From Eledone cirrhosa (lineage: Eukaryota): DNA of 64,000 bases. This document shows, piece after piece, positions 1 to 14,889 of this stretch. The notes under the pieces are model-generated. The model did no database searches and was not told the DNA's origin. It saw only the letters and a list, made by a program, of their open reading frames with translations. Numbering within the stretch: position 1 is the stretch's first letter; the number at the start of each line of letters is the position of its first letter. Where the stretch lies: positions 98,394,001 through 98,458,000 of the forward strand of contig OZ024741.1 of NCBI GenBank assembly GCA_964016885.1. Reading direction: 5' to 3'. A program made the position numbers and the translations under genes.

Positions 1-1555
<1,555 letters not shown>

Positions 1556-1652
1556 TATTAAATGAAGCTTATCAAATAGAATGGACACAGCTTCCATCAT
1601 TTTCTTACTAACACAATAATATTATTAAGTGTGCATTATTAAAATTCAAGCC

Positions 1653-1763
1653 GAGTTCAAATCCCGCCGAGGTTGACTTTGCCTTTCATCCTTACGGGGT
1701 CGATAAAATAAAGTACCAGTAATGCACTGGCTAATTGCTGGCTTTGTGCCTAAAGTAGAAACA
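1653..1763 (+). mobile_element. 5'-truncated SINE with 18-bp target-site duplication
   Basis: The core GAGTTCAAATCCCGCCGAGGTTGACTTTGCCTTTCATCC...GGGGTCGATAAAATAAAGTACCAG is shared with many copies in the window. TSD ATTATTAAAATTCAAGCC is at 1635-1652 and 1764-1781. Confidence 0.9.
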
Positions 1764-2278
1764 ATTATTAAAATTCAAGCCACCCACTTAGAGAATACAC
1801 TTATACGTTGATGAAAACAACATGGAGTGGGTAGATAATTGGAGTTACCAGGACTGATACACCAGGTTCTAAGATTTCAACCTGGCGCTAGGTGTCCGAA
1901 TGGAACCGCCTTGTGCAGAAATGCGTTAGTTGATAGGAATCGCGTCTTATGCGGGAGACTGCCTTCCTGGAATGGACAGATCCATATGGCGAAATAGTGC
2001 ACCTCACTGATGGATACAGGTGAATGAAGTAGTAATCCAGTTGTTTCAGTGTCACATATAAGAGGAGGGGATCCAGAGCTGAACACTTACACGGAACACA
2101 CGCTGGAGTTGATTCAAATTGAAAAGATCATACCAAAAGCACTCTACCACACACACATACATATGGATACAAATATACATACATATACAAACATAATAAC
2201 TACAAACTACGAATGTACAGAGCTTTCACCTGTTTTTACCAAAACAATCTCTTCTGAACACACACACATATATGTATA

Positions 2279-2315
<37 letters not shown>

Positions 2316-2895
2316 ACCCGTCTTTTTCGTTCTATGTATCTTTACCCTTTCTAGCAGTCTCTCTCTCTGTTAGCCTCTTCCTCACCCTTCACTCACTCAT
2401 TCTCTGTCACTACCTCTCCTCCTCCTCTTTCTTCCCGTTTGACCTGTGCGTAATTCTTTTCTCTCGCACGCTCGGCCAAGCTGGTCGGAATTTTTTCACT
2501 CTCGTCTACGATTTCACAGAACTTATGTTTACCGAATTCGCAGACTAGACCCCTTATTCCTCCCGTTAGACCTGTGCGAAATTCCTTCCTTGCTCACATT
2601 TCAACCAAGTTTGATGGTCTTTATTCTCTCGGTCACGATTTCACCTAATTTAAATTCATAGAAATTTGGGACTTGTCTCCTTCTTCCTCACTTTCTGTTG
2701 CTTCACCATTTTGTTTGTTTACACTCGCGTCACCTTTATTTACGTGTCCCAACGACTTTTTTTAGCCGTTGCTCGCACCAACCGGAGGTATATGGTCTTT
2801 AAAGCGATGAAATGCCTATGATGGTTGGAAGATCACTGATGAAGGACAAACTTTTTTCATATGTAACCCATTTGCAACTCCGCAGCGCCCTTATT

Positions 2896-3017
<122 letters not shown>

Positions 3018-4908
3018 CAGAAGAGATTGTTTTCGTAAAGTACACAATTTATGTGTGTATATATACATATATACACACACAAAATATGTACTTTTCCATT
3101 TGAAAACTAACCAAAGCAAACCCTATATTTTGAACGTAAAGTTTTTAATAAAACATATTCACACATTCTTCTAAGTACTGAATGTTTAGAAAAGCTTACA
3201 GACAATTTGAGCGTCACTCATTTATTGTACATCATTAACGGAAACACCACTAAAATATTGTGTTTATTATATATGTATCTAAACCACGGATTATTAAATG
3301 TATTAATGACACAGACATAGTTATTTAAAGTTATAGCTATATCCCTATTCTTGAAAATAAGAACTACATTAGTATGACTCAAAATAAGAAATAAGTAAAT
3401 GAAATGAACTTTATGTCGTGTTGGGGACTTAATAATATGACGAAACCAGCTATATTTATATACTTTTTTCTATTAAATATGCTGGATTAATATCAATATA
3501 ATTTTTCGTTTATCTTTCCCAGCATTTCTTTTATCATGAATATTCTTGAAGACAGCTTAGCGTAAGAGCATTTTTATTGTGTTAATACTGTACTGTTTAC
3601 TTCAAACTTACGATCTCTCTTTAACTGTTAATATTTTCAATTATCAACTGAAAACAACTTTGTGGGAATGTATACGTCTGTGCGATTCCACCCCCACCCC
3701 AACCCCCACTATGTCCTCTTCTCAAAGTTCTTCGAATCTACAAGACATACATTTGATTTTATCTTCGTTTTTACCGTCTTAACTCCCTCCACCAGCACTT
3801 ATATTTCTCGGTTGCCTCTCTCCTGTTCTTATTCCTCTACCCCTTATTTTTAACTGTTATAATAATTTCTTCCTCACTCTCACTACACTCAAACACATTA
3901 TGCAGGACTAATAGAAAATAACTTATCTCACTCCCGTAAAGTGTTCTGTCTGAAACGTTTGACATAATTTATTCCTTACGGCATAAAAAATGTTATTACA
4001 CTTTTAACAAACCTCTTTTGCTTTACCATTTTTCATAAAAACCAAACCTCGGTTTCTTCATTGCATTTGCTACACGCACGTGTTTTCGGGTTCATAAGGT
4101 TGACAAAAGCTTTGTGAGAGGAACTTGGTAATCAGTAATTTGCGGAAACCCATCGTATATATTTTGGAAATATGTATGCATCCACTGATTTTAGATATTC
4201 TCAGATTCCGAGGATCACTTGCAAGGGTGAAGATACACACACACATACATACACAAACACACACATATTTGTTTTGTTTTTTTCCAAAAAGTTGCCCACT
4301 GAGATCTGTTTCCAGGACAACGCCGAAAATATTTGTATATATATATATATATAAATATATATTTACACTCACACATATATATATACATATATATATATAT
4401 ATTTACACACATACACATATATATTATAAATTTAAACGCATATATATATATATATGTATGTATGCGTTTAAATTCGGTGGCTTACCATTGGGTAGAATTG
4501 GTCATTCGTGTTAACCTTGACGTAATATGAGAAACGCACTCGACGTTATGCAACCAAACCATCGTTCATGGTGAATCATGTTGGTGGTGCGGAATCAGTA
4601 AATATATTGTAAAGTGAAATGACAGTAGACGAAGTATGTAGGATTTCCTTAATTATTTATTACTGCAAACACTATACACATTTCAGTGGCCCAGTTGCGT
4701 AAGAACCTGCTGACATCTTCAGGTGTAAATTGTGTAATAGATGAATACCAACGGATTGGTGGCAAACTTTAAGGAAACAAGCAAAGAAAAACAGGGAAGA
4801 AATTAAGTGTGTTTACGCTTTAGACCCAGAGACGAACGAAGCACGATGTTGTTAAATGCCTTGCCGTCGTATTTCACTTTAAAAAAATGAATACATATAT
4901 ATGAGTGC

Positions 4909-4940
<32 letters not shown>

Positions 4941-4969
4941 GCGTGTGTGTGTGTGTATATATATATGCA

Positions 4970-5103
<134 letters not shown>

Positions 5104-5403
5104 TGTATATTACCCAATCTACTACCCGAATTATTTAGTAATTTGGTGCATTATGGTCCATCTAGTATCTTACCACACCCTCCTTGTTTTATATATATAT
5201 AGAGAGAGAGATAAAATTAAGAGACATGCGCCATATCCACTGCAAAATATGTTCAAAGTGTCCAATGAATAGAGCCGAGCCTTTTATATCAACTAGAAAT
5301 TGATTGACACATATATATACATATATAAAATAAACATATGAAACAATCACAGGGAATAATTTGTAAAGTGTGCAAGCACACACAGCTAGGTGGGTAACTA
5401 ATT

Positions 5404-5622
5404 AAAGTTTAACTAGAACTTCAAATGTAGATACCTTTTAAAATGATTAATCTCCTTTGTATATATTTCATTAAATAAACAAATATATTTGTGAACATCC
5501 GGGATTTGACTACAGTGATTTACCGATTGATGGTGAAATATATTTCCTTATTTAATGAGATATATACAAAGGAGATTAATCATCTTAAGAGGTATCTATA
5601 TTTGAAGTCCTAGTTAAACTTT
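5404..5622. repeat. ~75-bp inverted repeat with ~70-bp spacer
   Basis: 5404-5478 (AAAGTTTAACTAGAACTTCAAATG...) is the diverged reverse complement of 5548-5622. Confidence 0.8.
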
Positions 5623-5789
5623 ATTAAACTGGATTTATTAAACTTTATTAAACTGGATTTTAGTCTTCAAATTTATTATTATTACTATATATATATAGTG
5701 GTGGAAAACTGGAAGGTAATATCCGTAGTGGTAGAGCACTCAGTCCATGGGACGAGTTAGGTACCAGTGGTTACACAACAGTTAGTTCA

Positions 5790-5839
5790 CCATACCGAGA
5801 ACAATTGTTTCACCTTAGCGGATCCTCAGCTCGGAATGG
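5790..5839 (-). ncRNA. Type I hammerhead ribozyme motif
   Basis: Stem I CCAUUCCGAG/CUCGGUAUGG, core CUGAGGA, stem II U-CC-GCUAA-GG-U, GAAA, palindromic stem III ACAAUUGU, triplet GUU. Confidence 0.85.
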
Positions 5840-5999
5840 GCATGGTTATAGGAACATGAAGGACAACCGTACGAACGCGCATGCGCAGCAACACGGTCAC
5901 TTCATACAGGCAATACTAGACTGCGTGCGAGAGGTGTAAGGGAGATAACTGCGAAAGTATAAATAGTTTTTAGGTTGAAAATAAAATTACAAAGAATAA

Positions 6000-6398
6000 G
6001 TCCGGAGACTTGTAATTATGCAATAGGTGTTTGGCAACGTGTGGACAACGTGTGAAAAATTCATTTCTCGTGTTTAGGCAATCACTATTGCGTAATCTCT
6101 TTAGAATAGTTATTCGTTCGTCAATACGTCGGATTTCCCCTTGCGTATGGCTTGGACTTAGTGACGGCTTTCCATTGAATGGAGTAGTCTATACTTGAGT
6201 CCTTGAGGGACCATACGTGGCTCGCGAGTTTCGTGGATGAAGGTCTGTCCGGGTACCTGAAGGTAGACTGGTGGTTCAGGAAACGTTCCTTAAATCGCCC
6301 CCCCCCGCCTTGCCCACATAGGATTTGACCTCCTGTGGTTCATTTGGTCGGTTGGAAGTGACCACAGCTTCATAATTTACAGCTGGTGTGTTGCATTG
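6000..6398 (-). pseudogene. PLE GIY-YIG endonuclease remnant (frameshifted)
   Basis: Manual translation: QCNTPAVNYEAVV...KSYVGKAGG/RFKERFLNHQSTFR...TKLASHVWSLKD...IQWK...KPY.../CLNTRNEFFTRCPH. Confidence 0.88.
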
Positions 6399-6403
6399 CT
6401 GTT

Positions 6404-6545
6404 AAAACCAATGTAGGAAAACAATTTTTAGCCACTTAGATAGACACTTTCCCATAGGTCATAAATACCGCTCCTTCTTTAACCGACACAAAGTTAAGCT
6501 AGGATACTCCTGCGCTAAGAACATGAAGGCCCACATCACCAGCAG
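6404..6545 (+). pseudogene. PLE RT-endonuclease linker remnant (inverted relative to its EN)
   Basis: Translates KTNVGKQFLA/LDRHFPIGHKYRSFFNRHKVKLGYSCAKNMKAHITS, matching the PLE linker pattern KTNIG..FL..HFP..H....FNR..VK.SYSC..NM. Confidence 0.8.
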
Positions 6546-6612
6546 TGTGATGTGACCAGGTTTCTGCGCATGCGCATTCGTATGGTTGTCCTTCCTGTTC
6601 CTATAACCATGC

Positions 6613-6662
6613 CCATTCCGAGCTGAGGATCCGCTAAGGTGAAACATTTGTTCTCGGTATGG
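6613..6662 (+). ncRNA. Type I hammerhead ribozyme motif (mirror copy)
   Basis: CCATTCCGAG CTGAGGA TCCGCTAAGGT GAAA CATTTG TT CTCGGTATGG. Confidence 0.85.
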
Positions 6663-6700
6663 TGAACTAACTGTTGTGTAACCACTGCTACCTAACTTGC

Positions 6701-7615
6701 TATATTTTCACCCAACTTGTAGAAATCTTATAATGAAACGAGTCGTCTGGGAAATGATATATTTGATATATCTCATATGAAATAATACAGCCAATTATCC
6801 ACACAATACTATATAGTTAGCACCCCAAACGTTTAATTGGGAATATACTCAGGTATTTCCTAATGTTTGTTGAGTGAGTTGGAATTTAGCCGGAGTATCG
6901 CTATTAGCTTTCTCCGATTATGTATTTATATATTTACTCTTGGAGCAACAGATATGAACTTTCCCGATATAAGATATGACTCTCTTTGTTTATTTTTTAT
7001 ATGAATATTGATTGTTAGTTCTTGTATCTCATTCTGTTATTTTGCCCGATAAAATATCTATATGTGTCATTTAGCGGGTCGCACATATGAATATTTTTTC
7101 ATATCCAATTGAGTTCTTAGCACGTGGTTTGAATTCTTGTCAGAGTTCAACGACCTGCGCATGTATTGTTTTTGGCGGTAGCCTCCTTCCTCCCATTTTA
7201 GGGACAGTGTGAGATTTTCTTTAGAACTGCTGGACTAACAACCTAGCAGCTCCCTCAAACACTGATGGTGATTATCGCTAAATATTGATGTTGATTTGGT
7301 TATCAATATTAATATTATTGGGTTACCCACTGAAGATTTATAAGAGGCCACTTGAATAAGTATCTGTTGATCTTATACAAGCTTCAACATAACTTGGTAT
7401 ATTTACACCCAACTTGTAGAAATCTTATAATGAAACGAGTCGTCTGGGAAATGATATATTTGATATATCTCATATGAAATAATACAGCCAATTATCCTCA
7501 CAATACAATATAGTGAGCACCTTAAACGTTTAATTGGGAATATACTCAGGTATTTCCTAATGTTTGTTGAGTGAGTTGGAATTTGGCCGGAGTATCGCTA
7601 TTATCTTTCTCCGAT

Positions 7616-7622
<7 letters not shown>
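6701..7622 (+). mobile_element. Non-coding partial-tandem hammerhead element (697-bp period)
   Basis: ~225-bp direct repeats at 6701-6925 and 7398-7622, with a full hammerhead spanning the start of the second repeat. Ends in (TA)n and has no recognisable ORF. Confidence 0.8.
7323..7451 (+). ncRNA. Type I hammerhead with very long structured stem II
   Basis: Stem I CCCA/UGGG, CUGAAGA (7330-7336), U-UUAUAAGA...UCUUAUAA-U, GAAA (7432-7435), stem III ACG-AGU-CGU, triplet GUC (7442-7444). Confidence 0.8.
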
Positions 7623-7671
<49 letters not shown>

Positions 7672-9053
7672 CATACATACATACACACACACACATATAT
7701 ATATACATAGATATACATATATATATATGTGTGTGTGTGTGTATGTGAGTGTGTGTGTGTGCATGTATGTTTGTGTGTGTTAATTGCCTGTAATGTCGTT
7801 TATTGATAAATCAAATGTTTAATACTTTTATCAAAAGAGGTTTAAATGTATTCTTAGCAAATGGTTTTGTTATAAGCAAGGCACTTTGATGTGGCACTTT
7901 GAACATTTTTATAAAGTTTACTCCGATTTGTATTACGTGAACACTCAACACACAACGATCTCTAAAACAAACAGAACAGGGATCATAAAATCGAAGTCCC
8001 GGTAACTCCCGCATCTGATTATGGTAATTTATTTCAGTAAATGCGAAGTCTAATGACCTATCAGAAAGACGATTATTCATCGATTAGAAATATTTATGTT
8101 ATGAAACATTTACTACACAAAGATTGTTATATCACTTTAGGATTCATAGGAAAACTTTGTCATCAAAATCTGATGTGTTCATGGTCCTCAAAAATAAAAA
8201 TAACTATAATCTATTCAACTCTGAAATAGAGGAAATATTTTCTCCATGAAAATATCTCGACAAACATAAAAATACGCACAGGAGTTGATAGGTTTAACTG
8301 TGAAATATTCTTGAAATATTTATTAACAATTCGTAACTTGTTCTCAAACACATTCACACAAGCAACAAATGCTATCCTTGTAAAATGTGTGAGAAATCCT
8401 GTCTCTAACGTTAGTTTAAAAATATAAAAGAGAATATGCACTGAAGAAATGTAATCTACATTTTAAGTATTCACATACTTGTGCCTTAGTCGGGGGTCTA
8501 TCGAGGCTTATCGTATGACTAGACACCTCATTTATCTTGGCATGTGAATATCGTCCATTCAATGAAAAAGCCTAAATCGGTTGAGGTTTCATTACATATA
8601 TATTATATCCTAGAGGGGTTGGATATGCTGCTCGCGACGTTTTCCTTCCATACGATACACATATATCTCTACTGTGTCTCATCATGAGGGAATGCAGTTC
8701 ATCTTTACCTGTTTGCGGTATATCGTCTATGCATTTGATCAGTTTACCAAAGAGGATTTTCTGTCGTTTGGTACATTTTGCATTTTAAATGGACTGATAT
8801 GTATTTGTTCTACGTCGTGCTCTCAATTTTTAGAATGCCATTGTAGTTCAGCCAACATGCAATCCCGTTCGTCACTGAGACTACCATCATTTTTTTTTTA
8901 TTTCATTATAATTTATAAATAGGTAACATGACTTCCTTCGAACATATCTTAAATTTCGATAACGTTGAACTCATGTAATTTTCTGATGAACGATTCCTAC
9001 CTTTATGATATTATACATGCTGCTCTCATATACAACAATCGAAAACTGAAGAG

Positions 9054-9123
<70 letters not shown>

Positions 9124-9237
9124 AGACAGTGAGAGAGAGAATGAGGGGGTTACATAAATGTTGTTATTAATATTCTATCACACATTTTAATACTAAAATA
9201 GTTTCCATTAGAATAATCACATACATGCACATGCGTT

Positions 9238-9312
<75 letters not shown>

Positions 9313-9313
<1 letters not shown>

Positions 9314-10005
9314 TGGCAAATAGAAATGGCTGTGTAGTTGCTATTTAAGGTAACTTAAAATGCAGTGGGAATACGAAGAAAGCAAGAACGGAGTGGGGGG
9401 AAGGGTCCTCATCAGTTGTCTACTGGGGGTCTATGATATTTCTACGCTTTAAAAACAAGATACCACTTCACCCCAGGGCGTCAAAACCTGGATACGTTAT
9501 TGGAAAAACGAAGGAAGGAGGGAAGGAAAGCAAAAGGGGAAAAAAAGAGAAACAGTAACAAAACAGCGAAAATAAAACACAAACCGAGCAATGTGCGAGC
9601 AACTATAGGTAGGAAATCCAAGACCACTCGATAAGTGAACTTAAGTTCGAGACTGAGTAGTCGAGAGAAACAAGACACACGTCCGATCGCCGCAGTTGTA
9701 AGTGAGAAGAGAACTGTTAAACCGTCAGACGAGGAGTGAAAGTGAGAGGGAGAAAGAGAGAGGGAGAAAGGGAGAGGAAGAAAGTGGGGTAAGAGTAGAT
9801 ACGGAGAAAGGGAGGGGAAGAAAGAAGGGTGAGAGTAGAAAGTGGCGAAATAGGTAGGTAGAAGGGGAAAGAAGAATGGTCACAGCGAAAAACATGATGA
9901 AAATTATGGCGAATAGAAATGGCTGTGTAGTTGCTATTTAAGGTAACTTAAAATGCAGTGGGAATACGAAGAAAGCAAGAACAGGGGGGGTCCTCATCAG
10001 TTGGA
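9313..10005 (-). mobile_element. Element bounded by ~100-bp direct repeats, PLE-like partial tandem
   Basis: ATGGC(A/G)AATAGAAATGGCTGTGTAG...GGTCCTCATCAGTTG occurs at 9313-9418 and 9906-10003. The minus strand has CUGAUGA but no matching GAAA half. Both flanks are (TA)n. Confidence 0.6.
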
Positions 10006-10016
10006 TATTTCTAAGC

Positions 10017-10064
<48 letters not shown>

Positions 10065-10111
10065 AATAAAAACAGGAAGTTTCGTTTACATATGAAAAAT
10101 ATTTATTTCGT

Positions 10112-10212
10112 ATCAACCTGTTACGCACATTTCGCAGAGAATTGGCTGAAGGTCACCCATAGGAGTTATGGACTTGACTCCAGTATCGATCTGTGCTCCT
10201 CAGACTGGTGAT
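10112..10212 (-). ncRNA. Type I hammerhead with extended stem II
   Basis: Imperfect stem I AUCACCAGU/ACAGGUUGAU, CUGAGGA, stem II GCACAGA...UCUCUGC enclosing a GGAGU/ACUCC hairpin, GAAA UGUGCG UA. Confidence 0.7.
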
Positions 10213-10384
10213 GTGACAAAGGATATATTTTTGTTGCGGTTCGTGGACAGAGAATGATGTTGGCCCTTTTTTTTTCGCGCGTGGGTGAATGTGTACATTC
10301 TGGTGTAATTTGTGAGGCATCAATGCGCGGCAATGCTGTGTATATAATTCAGCAGGATATATACATACGCCCACGCATGTTCCG

Positions 10385-11350
10385 TGTAGGGAATTTGATG
10401 TAGGGTTGGGGTCTTGAGTTATTGAAATGGGGGTGTAGGGTAGGGTTGTATGGTGGGGTTGTAGGGATAGTGGGGTTGAAATGTAGGGTTGTGGATATGG
10501 AGAATGGGTGGGGATGTATGGTTATGGTGATGGGGTGTTGTGTGGGGTGTAATTGTGGGGGTAGTGTTGTGAGGATGGGATAGTGCGGTGGTGGTGTAGG
10601 GTGGACTTGTAGGGTTGTATGGGATGGGGTGTAGTTTGGAGGTGTAGTCTGGAGATGTAGTGTGGGGTGTAGGTTGCGGGTGTAAGGAGGAGGTGTAGGC
10701 GAGACGGAATGTAGAGAAGGGGGATGATTGCAGGATGGGGTGTAGTGTGAGTGTGTAGGTTGGGTGTGTAGAGTGATCTTGTAGGGTTTGTGAGAATGGG
10801 ATGTAGGGCTGTATGGATGAAATGCAAGTTGGGGTGTAGGGTTCTGGGGATAGAGTGTAGGGTGGTGGTTTAGGGTTGTCGAGACTGGATATATGGTGTC
10901 GTGTTTGTATGTATATTGATGTAAGGTGGATAGTGAGGTTGTGATGATGGGGAGTAATGTGAGAATGGGGTGAATGGTAGTAGGGATGGGGAGTAATGTG
11001 GGGGTGGTTGGTGGTGGTTTAGTGTGAGGTGTAGTGTTGTTGAGATGGTATGTAGGGTGGGGTGTAGTGTTGTGGGGATGGGTTGTAGGTGGGGTGAGGT
11101 GTAGTGGTGTGGGGACGGGTTGTAGGTGGGGATGTAGGGTTGTTGGGGTGGAGTTTAGGTGGGATGTAGGGTTGTTGGCATGGGGTTTATGTGGGGGTGT
11201 AGGGTTGTGGGGATGGAATTTAGGTGGGATGTAGGGTTGTTGGGATGGGGTTTAGGTGGGGGTGTAGGGTTGTGGGGATGGTGTTTAGGTGGGATGTAGG
11301 GTTGTGGGGATGGGGTTTAGGTGGGGGTGTAGGGTTGTGGGGATGGAGTG
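10385..11350. repeat. G/T-rich degenerate minisatellite (GTAGGGTTGTGGGGATGG-type units)
   Basis: Near C-free plus strand, with ~35-bp units GTAGGGTTGTGGGGATGGGGTTTAGGTGGG(G/A)T repeated at about 11130-11345. Confidence 0.8.
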
Positions 11351-11542
11351 TAATGAAAGCGGTGGGGAAGAAATCTGAAAAATTAATAATCGAGGAAGGG
11401 GGGATTATTCAAGACCTAATAGTAATTGATAGAGACAGTGTGGTGGTAGATATAAAGGGTGGGGGAGGGAGGGTTTTAGTGTAAATTGATATAGAGAGGG
11501 GGATTGGAAAAGGGTTTACAGGCGATTATTGTTTTTGTTTTT

Positions 11543-11790
11543 GACACAAAAACAAGATGGTGTAGGGCAGAACAAAGGAGAGACACAAAATAAAAATCCA
11601 GTCACTGAGGAGGTCACAGAATGAATGACGAAAGAGCTTTGACAATATATAAACAACCATCCGGTGATCGAACCAACCAGCCAAACGGAAATTTACAATA
11701 AATTGAAGTGAAATCCAAAAGGGGCGTGTGTTTTTATTAGCAGCATGACCCTCCCAAAGTATAACAATACTGTTTATAACAATATATATA
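11543..11790 (+). mobile_element. PLE 3' pseudo-LTR fragment (same family as 52109-52790)
   Basis: Aligns with 52527-52790, contains a hammerhead, and ends CATGACCCTCCCAAAGTATAACAATA before (TA)n. Confidence 0.8.
11601..11643 (+). ncRNA. Minimal type I hammerhead motif
   Basis: GTCA CTGAGGA G GTCA-CAGAATGAA-TGAC GAAA GAGC TT TGAC. Confidence 0.75.
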
Positions 11791-11888
11791 TATATATATA
11801 TAGTACGTTATTCCGGGTTGAATCGGAGGTAACCACAGTAAGTAAGGTACTCAATACATTGCAGAGTATAACAGTTTTAATATAGATG

Positions 11889-11939
11889 AGATTCTACAGG
11901 ACTAGAACTGTTTCATTCTTTAGAAATCATCAGGAATCT
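11889..11939 (-). ncRNA. Type I hammerhead ribozyme motif
   Basis: AGAUUC CUGAUGA U-UUC-UAAA-GAA-U GAAA CAG-UUCUAGUC-CUG UA GAAUCU, with a perfect 6-bp stem I and triplet GUA. Confidence 0.85.
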
Positions 11940-12387
11940 GGGTATCAAAAAATAAATATGGTATTTATAGGTCTCTACAAGTGGTAGGAGAGGGTGGGGA
12001 GTGGGATGGGTGTAGGTCATTGGTTGATAGAAAAGGGAATTCATTAAAAGCTAATTCTACAGAGCTATAGTTTATTTTTAATTTTTGTTTTTAGAGTAAC
12101 AAAGGCAGACAGAATTCTATAAACAGGTTCCGGATGGCATACCATTCCTTGTCATTAAGTTTCTCTTAAGCTAACAGATGTCTATAAGATCAGTGGGGGG
12201 TCAGTCATGGTAGATAGAATTAAAGGAAAGGGAGATTCTTTAAAAGCTAAATTCATTAAGGTTCTACTAAGTGACAAAGATTTAGAGAATTCTGTAGACA
12301 GATTCAAAATACTGAGTGCATATCTTACAATTATCTTCGAACTTCTCTTAAACTAATCAACTATATGCCAAATATCAACAGACACAT

Positions 12388-12516
12388 TCACAAAAAAACA
12401 CACTCACTCACACACTCGCGCGCAACCATAAACACACATACACATACACATATACACACATAAAAAAAACCCACACACATATAAATATATTTATATACAC
12501 ATATATATACACACAC

Positions 12517-12569
<53 letters not shown>

Positions 12570-12572
12570 TAC

Positions 12573-12603
<31 letters not shown>

Positions 12604-12726
12604 TATACACATATATATACACTCACACATACATACATACACACAGATATACATGTGTATACATATACATATATATACACATACATATACATATATACAC
12701 ATATATATATATACATATATATACAC

Positions 12727-12763
<37 letters not shown>

Positions 12764-12854
12764 ATATATATATATATATCCATATACACACATATATATA
12801 TATACATATATTTATATATATATACATATATATATAAAATACACACATATATAT

Positions 12855-12901
<47 letters not shown>

Positions 12902-12912
12902 CACACACACAA

Positions 12913-12953
<41 letters not shown>

Positions 12954-12998
12954 TATATACATAAACAAATATATACATATACATACACACACATACAC

Positions 12999-13043
<45 letters not shown>

Positions 13044-13075
13044 TACACATATACACATATATAAGGAAAAAGCAC

Positions 13076-13141
<66 letters not shown>

Positions 13142-13177
13142 TACACCATTCATACATATATTCATATATATATACAC

Positions 13178-13242
<65 letters not shown>

Positions 13243-13562
13243 TATACACACACATACATATATACACACATATATATATATATACATACACACACACACA
13301 CATATATACATATACACAAATACATACACATATATACACACATATATATATATACATACATATACACATATATATATACACATATATACATATATATACA
13401 TATACATATATACACAAATATACATATACACATATATATACACATACACACACACACAATATATATACACATATATACATATACACACACACACACACAT
13501 ACATACACACATACACACATACATACATATACAAATATATATACATACATACATATACATAC

Positions 13563-13607
<45 letters not shown>

Positions 13608-13903
13608 TATATACACATACATACATATACACACACATATATACACACACACACATATACACATATATACACACACACACATACACATGCATATATATAA
13701 ATATATATATACATATCTCTCCATATATATACATACATACACATACATACACAAACATATACATAAATATACACATATATACCAACATATATACGCATAT
13801 ATACACACATATAAATATACATATAAATACACGCATACACACATACACACTCACACACACACACATATATATACACACACTCTCTCTCACGCACATATAT
13901 ATC

Positions 13904-13959
<56 letters not shown>

Positions 13960-14030
13960 CATATATATATACACACCTGCACACACACACATATATATAT
14001 ACGCACGCACACACACATACACACATACAA

Positions 14031-14073
<43 letters not shown>

Positions 14074-14131
14074 CATACATATACATATATACAAACATAC
14101 ACTACACATACATACACATATATATACACAC

Positions 14132-14172
<41 letters not shown>

Positions 14173-14345
14173 TATACATATATACACACACATATACATA
14201 TATACATACACATACAAATATAAATATACACACATAAAACACAAATACATACATACATATATACACATATACATACACATACATATACACACATACACAC
14301 AAATATATACAAATAAAAATAAATAAGTACTCAATAAATATACGC
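12388..14345. repeat. ~2-kb compound (TA)n/(CA)n/(TACA)n microsatellite
   Basis: Seen directly. It is the source of the long Y/I/C/V-rich ORFs. Confidence 0.97.
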
Positions 14346-14495
14346 ATATACGCAGGCACATAAAAACACCTCTACAGGCAGAAAATGTAGATAGGAAAGA
14401 GGTACTCACATAACGATAGTGGCCGTATTACAGGTTGAGGAGGGGTGGGGGGTAGGGTGGGTGGAGGTATAGGGGCCAATAGGGGGAGGTCGTTT

Positions 14496-14889
14496 TTAGC
14501 CATCGGGCTTTAACACTGGCTTAAAGTGTTTGAAAGTTGCAAAGTTCTTGTGCATGCAGTTCGGGCAGTGTTCAGAGAGTTTCTTCAGTAGCGGGCCCTT
14601 GGCGAATAAAATTTCGTAGCTCTCTGAAATACAAAGGTCGCAGCCCTTGTGTCCTCCGTTGTAAGAGCGCGCTTTCTGGAGTATTTTCCATTTAAGCGTG
14701 AAGGGGATGGAGTTCCTTTTGAGGTCCCAAACCTAGGAGGCGAGTGTTGTCTGATTTGATTTGTCCGGTCTTCTGAAGGAGTGGGTATGGGCATACCAAC
14801 GGGTCTTAAAGTTGTTGGAGGTCATGCCGATGTAAGTTTTTTAGCAATCCTCGGTGCCTGAGATGACATCGCATTTGTATACGATGCAA

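Larger units (their letters stand above)
5757..6699. mobile_element. 5'-truncated Penelope-like element with inverted pseudo-LTRs and an internal inversion
   Basis: Inverted ~145-bp repeats at 5757-5900 and 6552-6699 each carry a hammerhead. A GIY-YIG remnant lies on the minus strand and an RT-EN linker remnant on the plus strand. Confidence 0.88.

Noticed and set aside
12388-14409. Long ORFs up to 480 aa rich in Y/I/C/V/H/T
   Set aside because: They are translations of (TA)/(CA)/(TG) microsatellites that lack stop codons. The same applies to most of the ORF track.
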